In this document: one piece after another, positions 42,182 to 62,614 of the stretch
Layout of the letters: every line of letters begins with the position of its first letter
Position numbering within the stretch: position 1 is the stretch's first letter
NCBI RefSeq assembly: GCF_009914755.1
Contig: NC_060930.1
DNA: 64,000 nucleotides
Source: the human T2T-CHM13v2.0 reference genome, Homo sapiens
Reading direction: 5' to 3' (one strand)
Made by a program: the position numbers and the translations under genes
Notes under the pieces: generated by a model
Told to the model about the DNA's origin: nothing
Databases searched by the model: none
What the model saw: only the letters and a program-made list of their open reading frames with translations

Positions 42182-45100
42182 TTGGTTTCTATCTTATCTC
42201 GCAATGATCACCACCCTCCAACCCAACATATAATTCACGTCCATCCCTTTGTCCTCCACCCCCACTTGCGTAAGTCCCTGCAAGGCCGGGAGTGAGCTCT
42301 CCCTAGAACACTGCCGGGCACACCGTGAGCCCCGAAGAAGGCCTCACTCTGATAACTTACAACAAAGGGAACTTTTGAGGGGAAGTACATGCATATGTTA
42401 ATGAGTATAGCCAACAGTATCATTCTATATTGTATACATTCTGGGCACCAATTCTGACAAAATAAATCATCGAGAAGTCTGGTCAATTCTGTTGGAGGCT
42501 TGCCCTATGGTCCCTGAATATAATTCTTACGTGCCTGTGCTTTTCAGGGCTGCGTCTTTGCTAGAAACAAGTGATTACCAAACTGTTCCACGGAGCCCTG
42601 GGGTTTTTCTCGTGACTTCGGGGGCCTCTGAGAGGGACAGCTAGGGCAGCACCTGATTCATCCACTTGGGTATATGTGGTTTCTGCTTCAGAGCTCATAG
42701 AAGAGTAGAGCTCATGGATTTTTATATGTATGAATATGTTTTTTAAAAGCCAACTATAAATATTCACTCTATAACTCAGCTTAACAAAAGTCTATTTTGC
42801 TAATTATTTACTGTTTTTTTTTCTTTTTTTTTTCAAACTGGGTATAATGCTCCTCAAATTGGGAAACTTTCAGATCTCCAAATTACAGTTTCCAAATAAC
42901 CATACATGCAGCACAGATGTGAACAGTGGGTCCAAAATAAGCACCTTAGATTAAGCCACACGATGAATCACTTCGCTTTCAAAAACAATAAAAGCCAGAG
43001 GCCATGTTGCACATGGCACAGAGAAGCAACAGAGTCCATTTCTGTAATAAGCATGACCCCTCACTGAATGCTTGCTATGGGAGATGTGTGCCTCCTGCTG
43101 TGCGGGCTGGTTCCCAACAGGCCATGAACCAGCACCGGTTGCTCCATGGCCCAGGGCTTCGAGATCCCTGCCCTAGAGACTATATTAATGAATTAGGAAT
43201 AACATTAACATTCCTAATAATAGGAGATGATGACTAGGAGGTGGATTAACATGGTCAAGGACCCAAAGCTGGAAGATCCCCCAGGCAGCATTGACTCGTG
43301 GTCTATTCCTTCACTGTACTGACGCTCCTAGCTTCGAGAATGATGCATGGGCAGGCCTGTTCCATTAACGTTTTGTCAAGTGACTAAATGAAACATAAGT
43401 TCAAGAAGGCACCTTCCACCAGAGATGCTGGCTCAGAGATTAACAAAAGCCACATCAACGGCATTTGGAATCACTCATTTAATTACGGTGATAGATGCCA
43501 GCAGCAGCTCCCATTATTACCACATGCTTACCATTGCCAGACACTACTCGAAGCACTCAATTGTCTTAAATGGCTCTAAAAGGTCAATATTAGCGTTATG
43601 TCCACTTGGTAGATGAGAAAGCAGAGGTACAGAAAAGCTTTAAAATGTGCCTATGTTTTCACAGCTGTAAGCAATGGAGCAGGATTGGAACGTAGGCAGT
43701 TTTACTCTAGAGCTCAGATTTTTAATGCTGAGCTCTGATTTTAAAACTTACAGGACTATGAAGCCATTACCTATAATATAGAAGTTACATTAGATCTGGT
43801 TCTTCCCTTAAAAGAGTTTCTGATCTAATCAGGGAGGCATGAAATAATAACATAAAATAAAATAAGATATTACTCTGTACATGTTTCCAGAGGGGGCCCT
43901 CAGTGTGGACAGGTGAAGTCAGGGCAGGCTTCCTGGAGGTGGTGGCCTTGCCAGAGCCTTGGAGTAGTTCTGAGCAAGGCTGAAAGCATTTCCTAACAGG
44001 GGAACCCAGGAGTCATGGGGTCATGGAAAGGGAGTCTTTTCAGAGGATGCTGACCTAACCAGGCGACAAGGAGAGATGCAAGAAGAAAAGCAGGATACAA
44101 AGTGTTCAGCTTTATGGCCAAGAGCAAGCATGCCACACCTGCGACCAGGGGCACCAAGCAACCTGGGGTCAGGATGCATGCTTTCTCTTGCTGTTGGAAC
44201 GTGAATATCTTGTAGGCAGTTTGTATACTCTCCAGTTGACCCCTAAGGACAGCAAACAATTAACACCCTATTTAAAGGCTAGAATATAGGAAAAGGAGGA
44301 TCTGAAATCCAGTAGACTTTCCAGATAAGAGAGGAGACCCTGGGAAGGCAGACGGCAAGGGGAGGATTCCAGGTGGGATCAAAGCTGAGCAAATGTCTGA
44401 TGTCTCTAACAGCCCGACTGGAAGAACAAGTGATCAGTATTTTCCAGTCAATTAGACACAAAGCATGATTGTTGCAGCCTGGTGTGTATTCAATTAGGAC
44501 TGTAATATGATGAAGCTAAGAACAGATTATTTTGCAGACTTTCTTGTGTCTGTGCCTGAGAGCTTGCTCAGAGGATCCTGGGTGACAGCTCTCTGTGGGG
44601 GCCTGTGGCCAGGAGGGGAGACGAGGCCTCATCGTGGCATTTTCAGGGCTGAAATGCCAAAACAAAATGCTCACATTCGTTAGGAACCTCCTATGATCCA
44701 GGCAGGTTTGTGGGTACAGCACAAGTCTCTCCATGAATTAGGCAAAATTATCCCCCTTGCACTAATGAAATAAGGGCCTGGGTGCCCGAGTAATTTCCTA
44801 AAGTGAAACTAAGATGTAAATACAAGTCTCTCTGTTGCCAAAACCCAGGACCTTTTCATTGTGCCACACTGCCTTCTGTGTGTGCTCTGATGAAGAGCTT
44901 TTGTAGGTGTTCTTCAAGATGGAACTGAAAATTGAGTAAGACTTCCCAGAGACCCAGCTGTGGGGGACTATCCGCAGATGGAGACCCTGGGCTAAAGAGG
45001 CAAACTCTTATTTTATAAGTAGGGGCTAATTGGCTGGGTCTGAGTCCAGAATCCCCCCAGCTGTTATCCCCAAGCCTAATGCTCAAACAGACACATACAA

Positions 45101-45189
45101 AAAAAGACAAGTCAACAAGAACGGAGAAAAATCAACCCAGAAAACAAAAAAAGCTGTAATAGTTGGGTAAGGTACATTTATCTATTTTT

Positions 45190-45540
45190 TTATATATATA
45201 TATTTATATATATATATATACACACACACATTATACACACACATACATAGATATATACACATATATGTATATATGTATATATCTATATAGATATATATGT
45301 ATATCTATAGATATATCTATATAGGTATATGTATATATGTATATATAGATATATATGTCTATATCTAGATTCTAGATATGCACATATATATCTATATAGA
45401 TATATATGTCTATATCTAGAATCTAGATATGCACAGACATATATATCTATGTATATGTCTATATATGTATATATCTATATGTATGTATCTATATATCTAC
45501 GTATATATCTATATCTATATATCTATGTATGTATGTATAA
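45190..45540. repeat. (TA)-rich low-complexity tract with palindromes and a 51-bp internal duplication
   Basis: ATATCTAGA-N-TCTAGATAT at 45361-45379 and 45412-45430. Confidence 0.9.
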
Positions 45541-48500
45541 TACTGAAGCTGTCATGTGACTACCCTAGCAAAGATCTTATCCACAAATATAATTATAATT
45601 ATAAATGCCCAATTATCTGTTGAGATATCAGCTCATGATCATCTTATTGTAGAAACGTTTTCGATTGATTTTCAAGCATTCATAAGCATTGGCTGAGAGA
45701 CTGCGGTCTGTAAAGCACTGGCAGAATACAAATGCTTGTTGAGTCAACGGGCATTTATTGAGCATGTATTATGTGCTGGTCTTTGAAGACTGAAAATTTA
45801 AAAAACAAGGCCCCTGTCCTATAATATAACCTATTGCTTGGAATGGAGTTTTAAAAACCATGCCAAGGAGAAATTGTCATCAATGCCTCCTTCCTCTCTT
45901 TGGAGATTTCTGTGACAGGGTAATGAAAATTATAATCACTTTAGATATCAACCTACTTGCCTAAAGAGAAACTAAAGAGAAATTGTCCTGAATTCACATA
46001 AACCAAGGTAATGGAAGTGATATGTTTCTCTTTTTTTTTTTTCTCATCAGAAAACTGATTATTTTAAACAAATTGCAGAGAAAGAGAGAGAGAGGATGAG
46101 ATGAAGGAAATGTATTGACTTCAGAGTTGACTCATGAACTGTCATAGTATAAGAAACTGCATGAAATTCTGTAGTGCAGCCAAATATTAATTGAAACAAT
46201 TAACTGTAGAAAACACGTGGGCACGACAATATTAGCAGTGCATAATCATTTGTAGTTAAGAGGTCCTTACCGGATTACTGCAGAAAAGCTCTGGAGTTCT
46301 AATTACTTGTGGAAGTCCCACAAGGTTACTGCAAAACATGGTAATTAGACGGTTGTAATATAAGGTGTTAGCAGGGGATTGAGGATTTGCTCTAAGCACC
46401 TTGGTGTTTTCGTGGCTATTTACTGAGCAGAGTACCAGAATTTAATGGAATTTGGTAGAATTCTCCAATGACTCCTATGAGCACGTAGTTAACAAACGTA
46501 TCTTAATGTGAGTTCCATGGTTTTCTTGAAAGTGATGAACATCGCCATCTTTAACTACTATAAGGAGAAAATATAACCTAAATGAGGTGGATTATGTGGA
46601 TTTATTTTTGGGATTTATTGCTCTTGTCTTTCGGTGGCATTTGAGTCAGGTGTATTACACAGCTTTGAGATCTTGGCTTCACTAGGCATAACCCAGCATT
46701 AGAAAGGAAGTAGCTTGGTGCTTCTCTGCAACTCCAGCTCAGACTTCTGTGTGACAGTCCTTTTTTACAACAGAATTGGGACATCGCTGCATACGTTTTT
46801 CTCAGCTTTGAGGATGCTTCTACAACCCATGCATGCACAATGAAAGAAATATTATACATTTAGTGATGGGCACAATGTACTTATTCAAAAATGTCAGTAA
46901 ATATAAAAGATTTATCAGGTGAGTGAAGGAGACACGTCTTTTTTTTTTCTTTCTCCTTTTTGCTGATCCCGAATCACTCTCTTACGTTTTTTTTTTGTCT
47001 GTGTACCACAAATGTGTACCTAAAAATGAAACTCAGACTATAAACTGCCCTATGCTCCCAGAGTAGAAAGCATGAAACTAATCTAAAGAAAATATTGGCA
47101 GAACTCCCACCCGCGCTTTGATTTTGGCTCAGAAAATCACCTCCTCCTTCTATAGGGTCTGGTTCGCCTCCGACAGCAGAATCAGGGGCAGATTCCATCA
47201 GTCCATGGAAATGGGGTTCCTGGAAGTAACACTGGCTTTCTCATCTTGGTCCAGGCAAGGGGCACTTGTCGGGTCACTGACAAAGGCATTCATTAAGAGT
47301 CAGTTATTTTCTGCAGGTGCCTTTAGTGAGACAACAGTGAGAAGGGGCACTTGGGAAGACGCGGGGAGTGTATGGAGAGCCATACCCCACTGCTTCTTTG
47401 GGGTTCCAAACCTCTAAGAGAATTTCCCTTATGCTTTAGCTGTTGAGAATTGAAAGTCTCCTTTCAAACATTTAAGCAGAGCAAGAGGGGATAGCTGCTT
47501 TGCTACAGTTACCTGTTAGTCAAAAGCTTAAAGGAGAAATTCCCTTGCCTGTCATGTGTATTCCACAACGCATGAAAAGACCAGACAAAGCGAAACAAAA
47601 CAAACCAACCCGCCGCCAGGGGGCAGCTGGGAAACATTTCGAAGGGCTGGGAGAGATGGAAGGTTGGCAAAACCAAGGGGAGGGGGTCCTTGTACTTGGT
47701 GAACAGATGACTCTCTATAGTAAGGATTCAGGGCCGGGAGGTGGGCAAGCAGGTACGCCTAAGCTTCTTGTGTTGCTAACCCCCTCCGGGTCTACCCCAG
47801 TTAGCAATGTCTACTGGGACCTAGAGGGGCGCAGCTTCGCCTATTTCTCTGACAAGACTGTAACATCTTGGAAGGGAGAAGCTGTGTCACATCTATCTTT
47901 GTAAGCCACAGAGCAACGAGCAAAGTGCTGAGTACATATATATACATGCATGCATATATGTGCATATGTACGCACATACACATGTATGTGTATAATCGTA
48001 TACCTTACATATTAATCTATAATTATGCATCATCTGTATCTGTTAAGTTATACATCATTTTAGTGCTTTTATGGAGGAAGGAAAGTAATTTGCAGGATCA
48101 ATTTCTATGCAGAAGTGATTCCTGGTACAGATTTTAATGCATTAAATTTTCACAAAGTCTTCAACTCCAGCAATTTAAGTTTTATCAAGGGCCCTGGGTT
48201 TTGCTGGCTCTCTTCACCTGTACCTCTTATCATTAAGAGGGAAAAAGAAAAATATCCTTTCCTGTAGCCCCATGGTACACTGCAAACCCCTCTGAGAAGC
48301 TGTAATGAGCTGGGGAAGCTGTAGTGGGGAGGAGGGGAAAGGCTCTGTAATCCCTCGGCCTCGGGGCTGACATGGGGCACATCAGGACTCCCCTGGCGAG
48401 GCTCTGTCACTTGACAAACTTGTGTAGTTGGAGCCATAAATTCTCCTTGTACTCCGTTGCTCCCCACCCACATTCACCCTGCACCTCTCACCTACAAGAA

Positions 48501-48731
48501 GTGACAGTCAGAGTACTTTAAAAAACAACAAAAACTCAACAGATTTTATCCTTTGTAAAAGCCTACCATTTCCACATTTGTCTAAAATGCTGATTTTATA
48601 GTCCTCTGTGTTTGCATTGCGTTTGTTATGAGAACTAACTCCTTTATATAGGAATAGCCCAGTTGAAGCAATACCACTTGACTGGATATTTTCAATTCAT
48701 AGGATATTAATGGATATAGCACACATAGGAC

Positions 48732-48782
<51 letters not shown>

Positions 48783-49108
48783 AATTAGTACAAAATTGTT
48801 TTGCCTCCTAACTTGCAAGGCCTGTAAACCCATTCTTTTTTCTTTTTACATAGATATGTTGAGATTTTTACATCTTGGCAAAATATAGGCTGTAATTTAA
48901 TTGACTTAGCAACACTACCAAATAAAACACTTATTCCCAAGGGAAATTTCTTTCCACACTTTCTGCTGGAACTTCTAATTGACATCTATTTCTGAATAAT
49001 TGTTGAAACTAATGTGTTGGAAGGGCTGGTGATCTCAAATAGCTATAAATGAGGCATCATGGCATGTTTTTTTCTTCCTGACAAATCCATAAGTGAATAA
49101 ATATTTTA

Positions 49109-49446
<338 letters not shown>

Positions 49447-50762
49447 TTAATAGATGAATCAATAAGTCTGGTATGACCATCATAGAGCAAGCAGATAAGG
49501 CTCTAGGTACAACAAATATATAATTGTATTAGTCATCGAAAAGGAATGCAATATATTTCACTAGTCAGAGAAATAGCAATGTGGAATAGAAAGAAAATAT
49601 GTAAAAACTGATGGACTTTTATTTGAAATTTGGTTGAACATTAACTGTGGTTCTCCCTAAATATCATATACATTTTCTTTCACTTCATTGGTGATGAGCC
49701 ATTAATATCATAAATAATACATACTGGTAGAATGAGTAAAAAAAAGTTCAGTAGAACCAATTAACAAACAATGTAAAACATGTAGATTTAGAATACCTGT
49801 CATTTACTCAGGTCTACCTTTTTGCCCAAATTTCATAATTCTCCTATCTTGGTCAACATCTACAAGGACAAGATGAATAAATCTCTCTCTGTGTGTAGAA
49901 CATCGTCTGTTTGGTTTCCTCCAAGTAGAAAGCCAGGAATGATTCTTCCTTCACATTTCCTATCAATCATAATTCTATCAGCCAGCTGAATAGCTTGGTA
50001 CACTCAGCGCCTATCAAATATTAAAGCCTTCCCATTCTTGAAATTCACATAATAGCTTGGTTTGTTATCTTGCACTAAATCTGTACTACATTACACATTT
50101 ATGATTACCTGTAAATTTCACACTGATATTTAAGTTGTAAAATATGTTGATGCCTTTAAAAGTGTGTGAGAACATAAAATTACACAATCATAAAGTAAGT
50201 TAAAAATTACGGCAGCATAAATACTAAAGTCCAAATTCTTGTCTTACATAATCCAAGTGATAATTGTTGTGCTCCTACTCTGTGGCTGAGGACACTGTGA
50301 CAAGCATGGAGAATTCAGCTGTGAGCCAGATTACACGATCCCTGCCTTCTGGGAGATGATACCAAATAAACTCACCAATGAATAAGTATCGCAAATTATT
50401 ACGTGGGGTATAAAGAAAACAAAGAGGAAGCTGTGACCAGGTACCAGGCTTATGGTATGGGACTTTTCAAAGCCAAGCCTTGAAGGATGAGAAGGAGCTA
50501 TGCACACAGCAGGTGAAGGAGAAGGGGCAGTGAACTGGCTGGAGAAGAGCAGGTGCAAAGGCCCTGCACGGGAAGGTGGTTCAGCATCTGCAGGATTAGC
50601 GAGGAGGCCTGTACAACTGCCACAGGGCAGGCAAGGGAAGGAGAGATATGAAAGGAACCTGCGGAACATTATGGAGAATATTATGAAGAATTTGTATTTT
50701 TCCTAAGGAATCCGTTTTGGGACAGGGAACTGATTTAATTTACATTTTTGAAAAACCCTCTC

Positions 50763-51030
50763 AGGAGGCTGAGGTGGGTGGATCACGAGGTCAAGAGATC
50801 GAGACCATCCTGGCCAACGTGGTGAAACCCTGTCTCTACTAAAAATACAAAAACTAGCTGGGTGTGATAGCACGTGCCTGTAGTCCCAGCTACTCGAGAG
50901 GCTGAGGCAGGAGAATTGCTTGAACTCAGGGCAGAGGCTGCAGTGAGCCGAGATCGCGCCACTGCACTCTAGCCTGGTGACAGAGCGAGACTCTGTCTCA
51001 AACAAACAAAAAAACAAACAAAACAAACAA
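50763..51030 (+). mobile_element. AluSc-like, 5'-truncated
   Basis: GATCACGAGGTCAAGAGATCGAGACCATCC; (CAAA)n tail. Confidence 0.9.
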
Positions 51031-51043
51031 AAAACTCGCTCAA

Positions 51044-51343
51044 GGTTGGGTGCAGCAGCTCATGCCAGTAATCCCAGCACTTTGGGAGGCTGAGGCTGGC
51101 TAATGACCTGAGCCCAAAAGTTCAAGACCAGCTGAGGCAATATGGGGAAACCCCGTCTGCATAAAAATATAACAATTAGCTGGGTGCATTGGTGCGCACC
51201 TGTAGTCCCAGATACTCAGGAGGCTGAGGTGGGAGGACTGCTCAAGCCTGGAAGGTCAAGGCTGCAGTGAGCTATGATCATGCCACTATATTCCAGCCTG
51301 GGTAACACAGCAAGACCCCGTCTCAAACAAACAAACAAAAAAC
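51044..51343 (+). mobile_element. AluJ, full length
   Basis: GGTCAAGGCTGCAGTGAGCTATGATCATGCC. Confidence 0.88.
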
Positions 51344-54300
51344 ATGCTGGCTTTTGTGTCGCAAATGGATTGTAGTATATCCAAGAAAGGAAGTAGAGAG
51401 ATCATTTAGTAGACTTTTACGCAAGTTCAGTAAACAGATACTAGAGGCTTGGACTAGAGTGGTGGCCCAAAGACAGAGGGTAATGAAAATATTCCAGGTA
51501 CTTTGGGAGCAGGAATCAACAGAAATTGGTGATGGGTTATCAGGGGCATCAGGAAGGGAGGGACAGAGAATGGCATCAGTATGGGCAGTGGTAACGCTTG
51601 TGTGAGGAACAGTGTCAGAGGAACAGGTGTAAAGGGTGTGTGGGTTATGGTGCGGTTAGAATCAAGACCGACTTGGAAACAAGCTAAGTTTGAGATGCCT
51701 TTGAGAATCCAAGTGGAGTTTTCAAGGAGTCAGTTTACCATGAAATTCAGAAGTTCTGCAGAGAGTTCAGGAGATAAGACATAAATTTAGAAGTCATGAG
51801 TAGGTAAATGATATTAAAGTAATGCTGATGAAGAGTTGCATGATAGTTGTCTGGGAGTGAGAAGTCTGGTTGGGGAGGAGAAGCTAATAAAGGAGACAGA
51901 AGGAGCCACCACCGAGGGAGAAGGAACACAGAGAGGGCATGGAGATCTGGAAGCCCATAGTAAGCACGCAGTGAGGATTAGTGTTACTATCATTTGGCAT
52001 TAAATTGTCTTATCCAGTGGAATATCCCAGTGGGATGGAGGGGAAAAAAGCCAGGTTGGAAAGAGAGAAGAAGGAATGGGAGGCAAGTCAGTGGGGACAA
52101 CATATGGCAACCACTCTTAGAAGCAGTACGAAGAAGGATAAAAAATTCTGCGGAGGGGGATAAGAGGTTTATGGGTGGACTTTTGTTTGCTGTTCAGTTA
52201 TTGACTGGCTGAGCATGGGAGAGGAGAGCATGTTTGTAGGATGTAGGAGATGAAGCAGGGAGGGAGGGCCCATGAAACCTAGAGTGCAGATGACTCAAGA
52301 GCCAACCCCGAGTGGGGGAGCCCAAGCCCAATGGGGGCGGGGGGGCTCGGCTTGGAGCAAGGCCAATTCTCTCCTGGTAATGGGAACACAAGTGCCAGAG
52401 AAGGATGCAAATGGCAAGGAGGTTGAGACTGGGTTGTGAGGCAATGAGAAAGGTCCCTTCTGATAGTTTCTACTTTATCATTTTACATTTTAAAAAGATG
52501 TGTGCAGTGCAGCCATGGAGTAAGGGAGGGAGAGCAGAGGAGAGGTTAGGAAAGGTCAGAGGGTAAGCTATGAAGAGCTGCATAGGAGCACGGGAAATCC
52601 AGCAGCCAGAGAAGAGGAGGACGATCCCAGACGGTGCCCAGTGTGTATCTGCGGAGGAATTTAAAGTAAAATGGGTGAGCCCAGTTGTGTAATTATCTCC
52701 AGCTCTGCAAAGTGGACATTCATGTGGGGTTCAGATTGGTCACTGGAATGGAGGCAGGATTTCTAGGGGAGAGAAAGCCTCAACAGCTTACAGGGAAGGC
52801 CTGGCAGACCCAATGTTGCATGACAAGGAGGAAGAGTAGGCGGGTGAGACAAATGACCTGAAGCTCACAGCAGGCCATGCTCAGGAGGAACGTGCTGATC
52901 TCAAAGAGAAAAGTGTGGGCTGAGAGGACACCAGCTTGACTCCGAGGGCCTAGGAGATGTGGAGAGGGAGGGGCAAGCAGAGGAAGGGGTTTCCTTGAGA
53001 GACGACCTGGTTCCGGAGAAGTTCCTGCAGCAAAAACACGCGGGGCATCCAGGGAAGTGCACGGGCCATGGCGGAGGCTGTCCGAGGGGTGGGGACACGA
53101 GGGCCATGAGGTGGGTGCTTGTGGGAGGCTGCGGTGCGTGATTAGCAGCAGGTGAGAGTAGAGAAGACAGCGGAATTGAAGACAACTGGGAGCTAAGACT
53201 GGAGGGTCCCTGCGGCCTCTCAGAGGGATGGGGGCTGAGCCCTCCCATGGTCAGGTCACAGGCCCTGCAGGTGCTGGGGGCCAACTCACATCCCTTTTCT
53301 TCCCTCTCCCTTAGGGTCTCACCACTTCCGTGCAAAGATGACAAATATTGTGTAAACGAATATTCAATATCCCTAACATTCACAATATTCCTCATATCTA
53401 GCTCACATACTTTAGATCCTCAAATTCCTATTTTAAACAAAAATGCAACTGTCGTGGTGCCAGATGATGGCATTTAGCCTCTTTAGTGTGTTACAGAATC
53501 TTTTCCTGAGACACTTAGGGAAGCACAAACTTTTTCACCCAAACAATGTTGAAGATGGCAGAGCCTGGTTTGAGAATCCCCACTCAGGGGGAGAAATAGT
53601 CCCAGGGTGCCAGTATCCAGAGAGCTGACCTACCAGGGAAAGTGCTTATGTTTCTTTCAGGATAGGCAGTATGGCAAACAAAGTCCCAAACACATCAATA
53701 TGTCATTGATCACTTGACCCAACTTAAATTTTTTATTCCTTTGTTCATTGATAACATTGCATACCCATAGCGTGTGACAGTTTTCTCAGGGGCTGAGGAT
53801 GCAGCCACAGACAAGCCCAGCTTCTTGCCAGTAGGGGAGGTGCATGACAGAAAGCGTTTTGATTCTTTTTATCATCCATACTCTCTGCAATGATTCTCAC
53901 AGACAACGCACTCTCCCAACATACTGCACCCATGTGACAGTGGGAGCAGCCTCCCTACACTATCTCCATAACTCTGCTTGGTGACCTCTCAGATGACAGT
54001 AAACATCATCACTCCCAGATAGTTCTGAAATTGTCATGTTGGAAAGTACTTGATAACTGTTAACACAAAAGGGACTCAGTAATATCGAAGGGTTATGGAT
54101 ATATATTCCTATTATGTGAAAAATACATATCTTGCATTCCTAGCAGACAGTAGTAGGTTATTGCTGGTACTTTCATATGTTGGGGGGAAAAACATGTACT
54201 TAAAACAGTGCCTCGACTACGGCAAGCAGAATTGAAATTATGATGATGATAATGATGAAAATAACATTACTTTCATTATGAAACAGTGCAAAATGGATAG

Positions 54301-54778
54301 TAGACAAACACTATCCGTAATTCAATGTGGATAATTCAACGTGAAGACACTGGAAGTAAAACAATACTTTGAGGATCCAGAACTTCCTCATTTCACATTC
54401 TGTTAATCAGGGTTGACGTGTGCTGTTGGCTGGCTGTCTTCATGTCAGCCAGATCATCAAGAATGTCTTATCAAGCAGGTGAGTGGGAAACAGACTCTCC
54501 CCTACAGGCCAGCACAAGTGGCTACTGCCCTCTGTTGCCAATAGACAGTGGGCAATAGGTGTTGGAAAAAACGCCAAGGATATTAAAATGTGAGCCTTGA
54601 AAAAGGACTCATGAGCAATTGAAAATTAGCAATCAGCTGGGTTGAAATTGATCAATGAGGGATTCAAAGTAATAAAAAATAATGAGTCCGATTAAAGGCA
54701 AAGCAGCAAAAAAAAGCTAGTAGCTTCTACTTAGAACACATAGTTCATGAAAATTACTATAACTAAACATTGTATTTA

Positions 54779-55123
<345 letters not shown>

Positions 55124-56049
55124 TTATTGCTGTTTCCCAAATTATTCTTTCTTTAGAATTGTTTATCACATGACAAGACCAAAAGATTTTTCTTTCCTTT
55201 TCTTCTTTCCTTCTCTCTCTCTCTCCCCCTACCTCCTCTTTTTTCTTTCTTGCTGTCTTTATGTCTTTCTTTTTTTTAAATAGAGATTCATGGCCTGTGT
55301 GGGCTAGTGAAATACCCACTGGGTTAGGGGTTGAAAGATATGGAGGCAAGTCCCAGCAACCTCACTTCAAACTCTGAGTCATAAGATAATAACATGAACC
55401 TAGAATAGCTAAGATAACTTTGAAAAGGAAGAACAAAGTTAAAGGATAAATGCTTCATGATTTCAACACTAAATGTAAATCTACAGAAATCAAGACAGTA
55501 CGCTATTGGCATACAGATACCCAGATAGATCAGTGACACAGAGCGCAGAGAACAGAAATAGACCCTCCAGTACATGGCCAACTGACTTTCAACAAAGGTG
55601 CAAGATCAGTTCAGTAGCAAAAGGATACTCTCTTCAGTGGATGCTGTTTGAAAAAAATAAATACCAATAATATAAAAGAAACTTTGATTCCTAACTTGTA
55701 TCATACACAAAAGATAATTCAAAATAGATCAGATATCTTAATATAAAACATAAAGCTTCTAGAAGAAAACATAGGGGAAAACCTTCATGACATTTTGTTA
55801 GGCAAAGATTTCTTAGGTATGCTACATAAAGCACAATCCATAAAAGAACAAGCTGGCAAATTGGATTTAACTGAAATTAAAAACTTCTGCTCTTTGAAAG
55901 ACACTGTTAAGAAAATGAAATAATAAGCCACACACAGAGAGAAAACATTTGCAAATCATACATCTGATAAAATACTTGCATGTAGAATATATAAAGAATT
56001 CTTACATTTTTATAGTAAGAATGCAACTCATATTTTAAAATATGAGCAA

Positions 56050-56754
<705 letters not shown>

Positions 56755-57550
56755 CTAGAACTCTCGTACATTCTGGGTGGGCATGTAAAATGGAAATGGT
56801 ACAACCACCACGGAAAGTAGTTTGGAAGTTCCTTAAAAAGAAACTCTAAAATATGATTTAGTCACCCCACTTCTAGGTATTTACACAAGATAAAAAGAAA
56901 CATATCTACATGTACAAAGACTTGCATAAAATTTCATAGATGCTTGTTGGTAATGCCTGGCAACTGGAAACAAGCCCAGCGTTCATCAGCAGTGGAAAGG
57001 ATAAGCAAATTGTGGTTGTATACATAAAATATACACAATTCAGCAGTAGAAAGGAGTAAACTTTTCTTATACACAACAATGATAAATTTCAAAATAATTT
57101 TGCTGTATCAAAGAAAACCTACAAAAAGAGAGTACATACTCTACGGTAGCATTTATATACAATTCTAGAAAATGTAAACAAATAAATAATTGCTTGGCAG
57201 GGACACATGGGAGGGGTCAATGGCTATGTTCCTTACATTGATTGTTTTACTGGCATATACGTGTGTAAAGCTTATCAAATGGTACATTTTAAATATGGGC
57301 CTCTTGTATGTCAATAAAGCTGTTAAAAACAATATAAACCAACATTAGCCATTTAATTAACACAGGCCCACTTAAAGATGATAGATCAGGAAGTCAAAGC
57401 TCAGAGAAATAAAAGGACTGGCCTGAAGTCACAAAGCTGAAGAGACTTGAAATTCAGTCTCAGGTCTGTCTGAGTATACAACCTGTCTCTTCCGTCCTAT
57501 ACCACACAAACACATCTTAACCTCTTTTGTTTTGAAAATCTCTCATTTCA

Positions 57551-57857
<307 letters not shown>

Positions 57858-58867
57858 AATCTCTCATTTCAAAGACATCAAAATTCCTTCAAGTTGTGTA
57901 ATCAGGATGGCAAGCATTTTAATGTATGAGTTCATGGCACACCTGCATCTTCCCCCTCAGTAACTAGGATCTAGGGGCTTCCTAGGTCAGTCGGTAGAAT
58001 GCATTGGATTGGAAAGGTTGGCCAGTCACTGTAAATTTAAAGGTGTTTTTCTGAATGCTTCAGAAAGTACCAAAAAGCCATTAAAAATGAAAGACTAATG
58101 GAACAATTATGTCCCATTTTGACTTCTAAAAACCAGGATTCTTTGTGTCTTCAGTACTTCTAAGATGTTAATCATTCCAATAAAGCTGAATGGCATGACA
58201 GATTTTCGGCACCTATCAGAGTGGCAGCCATTTCCAACTTCTTTTTTATTCTATATACTGTCAATGTCACTAACATAGATTACATTTCAATTACCTTTTT
58301 CTATTCACTGACTCACATACATTTCACTTAATTGCTAGATCCTTCCACGCAGTTTTCCCATTGTCTGGCTTCCACAACCTTATTTCTGTCACAGGTTGTA
58401 CAGCCAATGATCACCACATTGCAGAGTATATATCTGGTGTTTCAAGTGGGTTTTAGGGTTCCCCAGATTTAGAAATATGTCCACCTGAACATAAAACTGG
58501 GTTCAGTTTTCTGAAGTCTGACCAATGAGCTGACATACTGATAGCTCACTGAGGTAAAAGAAGCTTTGTGATACAACTGAAGGATGTTTATACTTTCAGT
58601 GAACGAGGCATAGCAGCCTAAATGCAACCGATTGAACCACAAATAATACTTCTCAATCAAATGGCCTTTTATCTTTCTTGTCTCTAAATATACCCTTTTA
58701 CCACACAGCTCGTTCTTAAAAAAAAAAAATCCGGTGGTCACAATGTCAATTGCTAACTTTATTTTCTATTTATATCGTCCACTTTATGAATACCCTTTTC
58801 CTCAATTTAATTAGTTAGTGTCACTCACACTTTAACTGGGAACATTGTAAGACTGAGCTGAATTTGA

Positions 58868-62614
<3,747 letters not shown>

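Larger units (their letters stand above)
50220..52200 (-). mobile_element. Long degraded L2 interrupted by two Alus
   Basis: GTGCAAAGGCCCTG, AAGTTTGAGATGCCT, AATTTAGAAGTCAT and purine-rich L2 antisense motifs. Confidence 0.65.

Noticed and set aside
52901-53395. 164-aa ORF and a mildly CpG-rich patch
   Set aside because: Low-complexity P/S-rich translation with no recognisable domain; too short and CpG-poor for an island.
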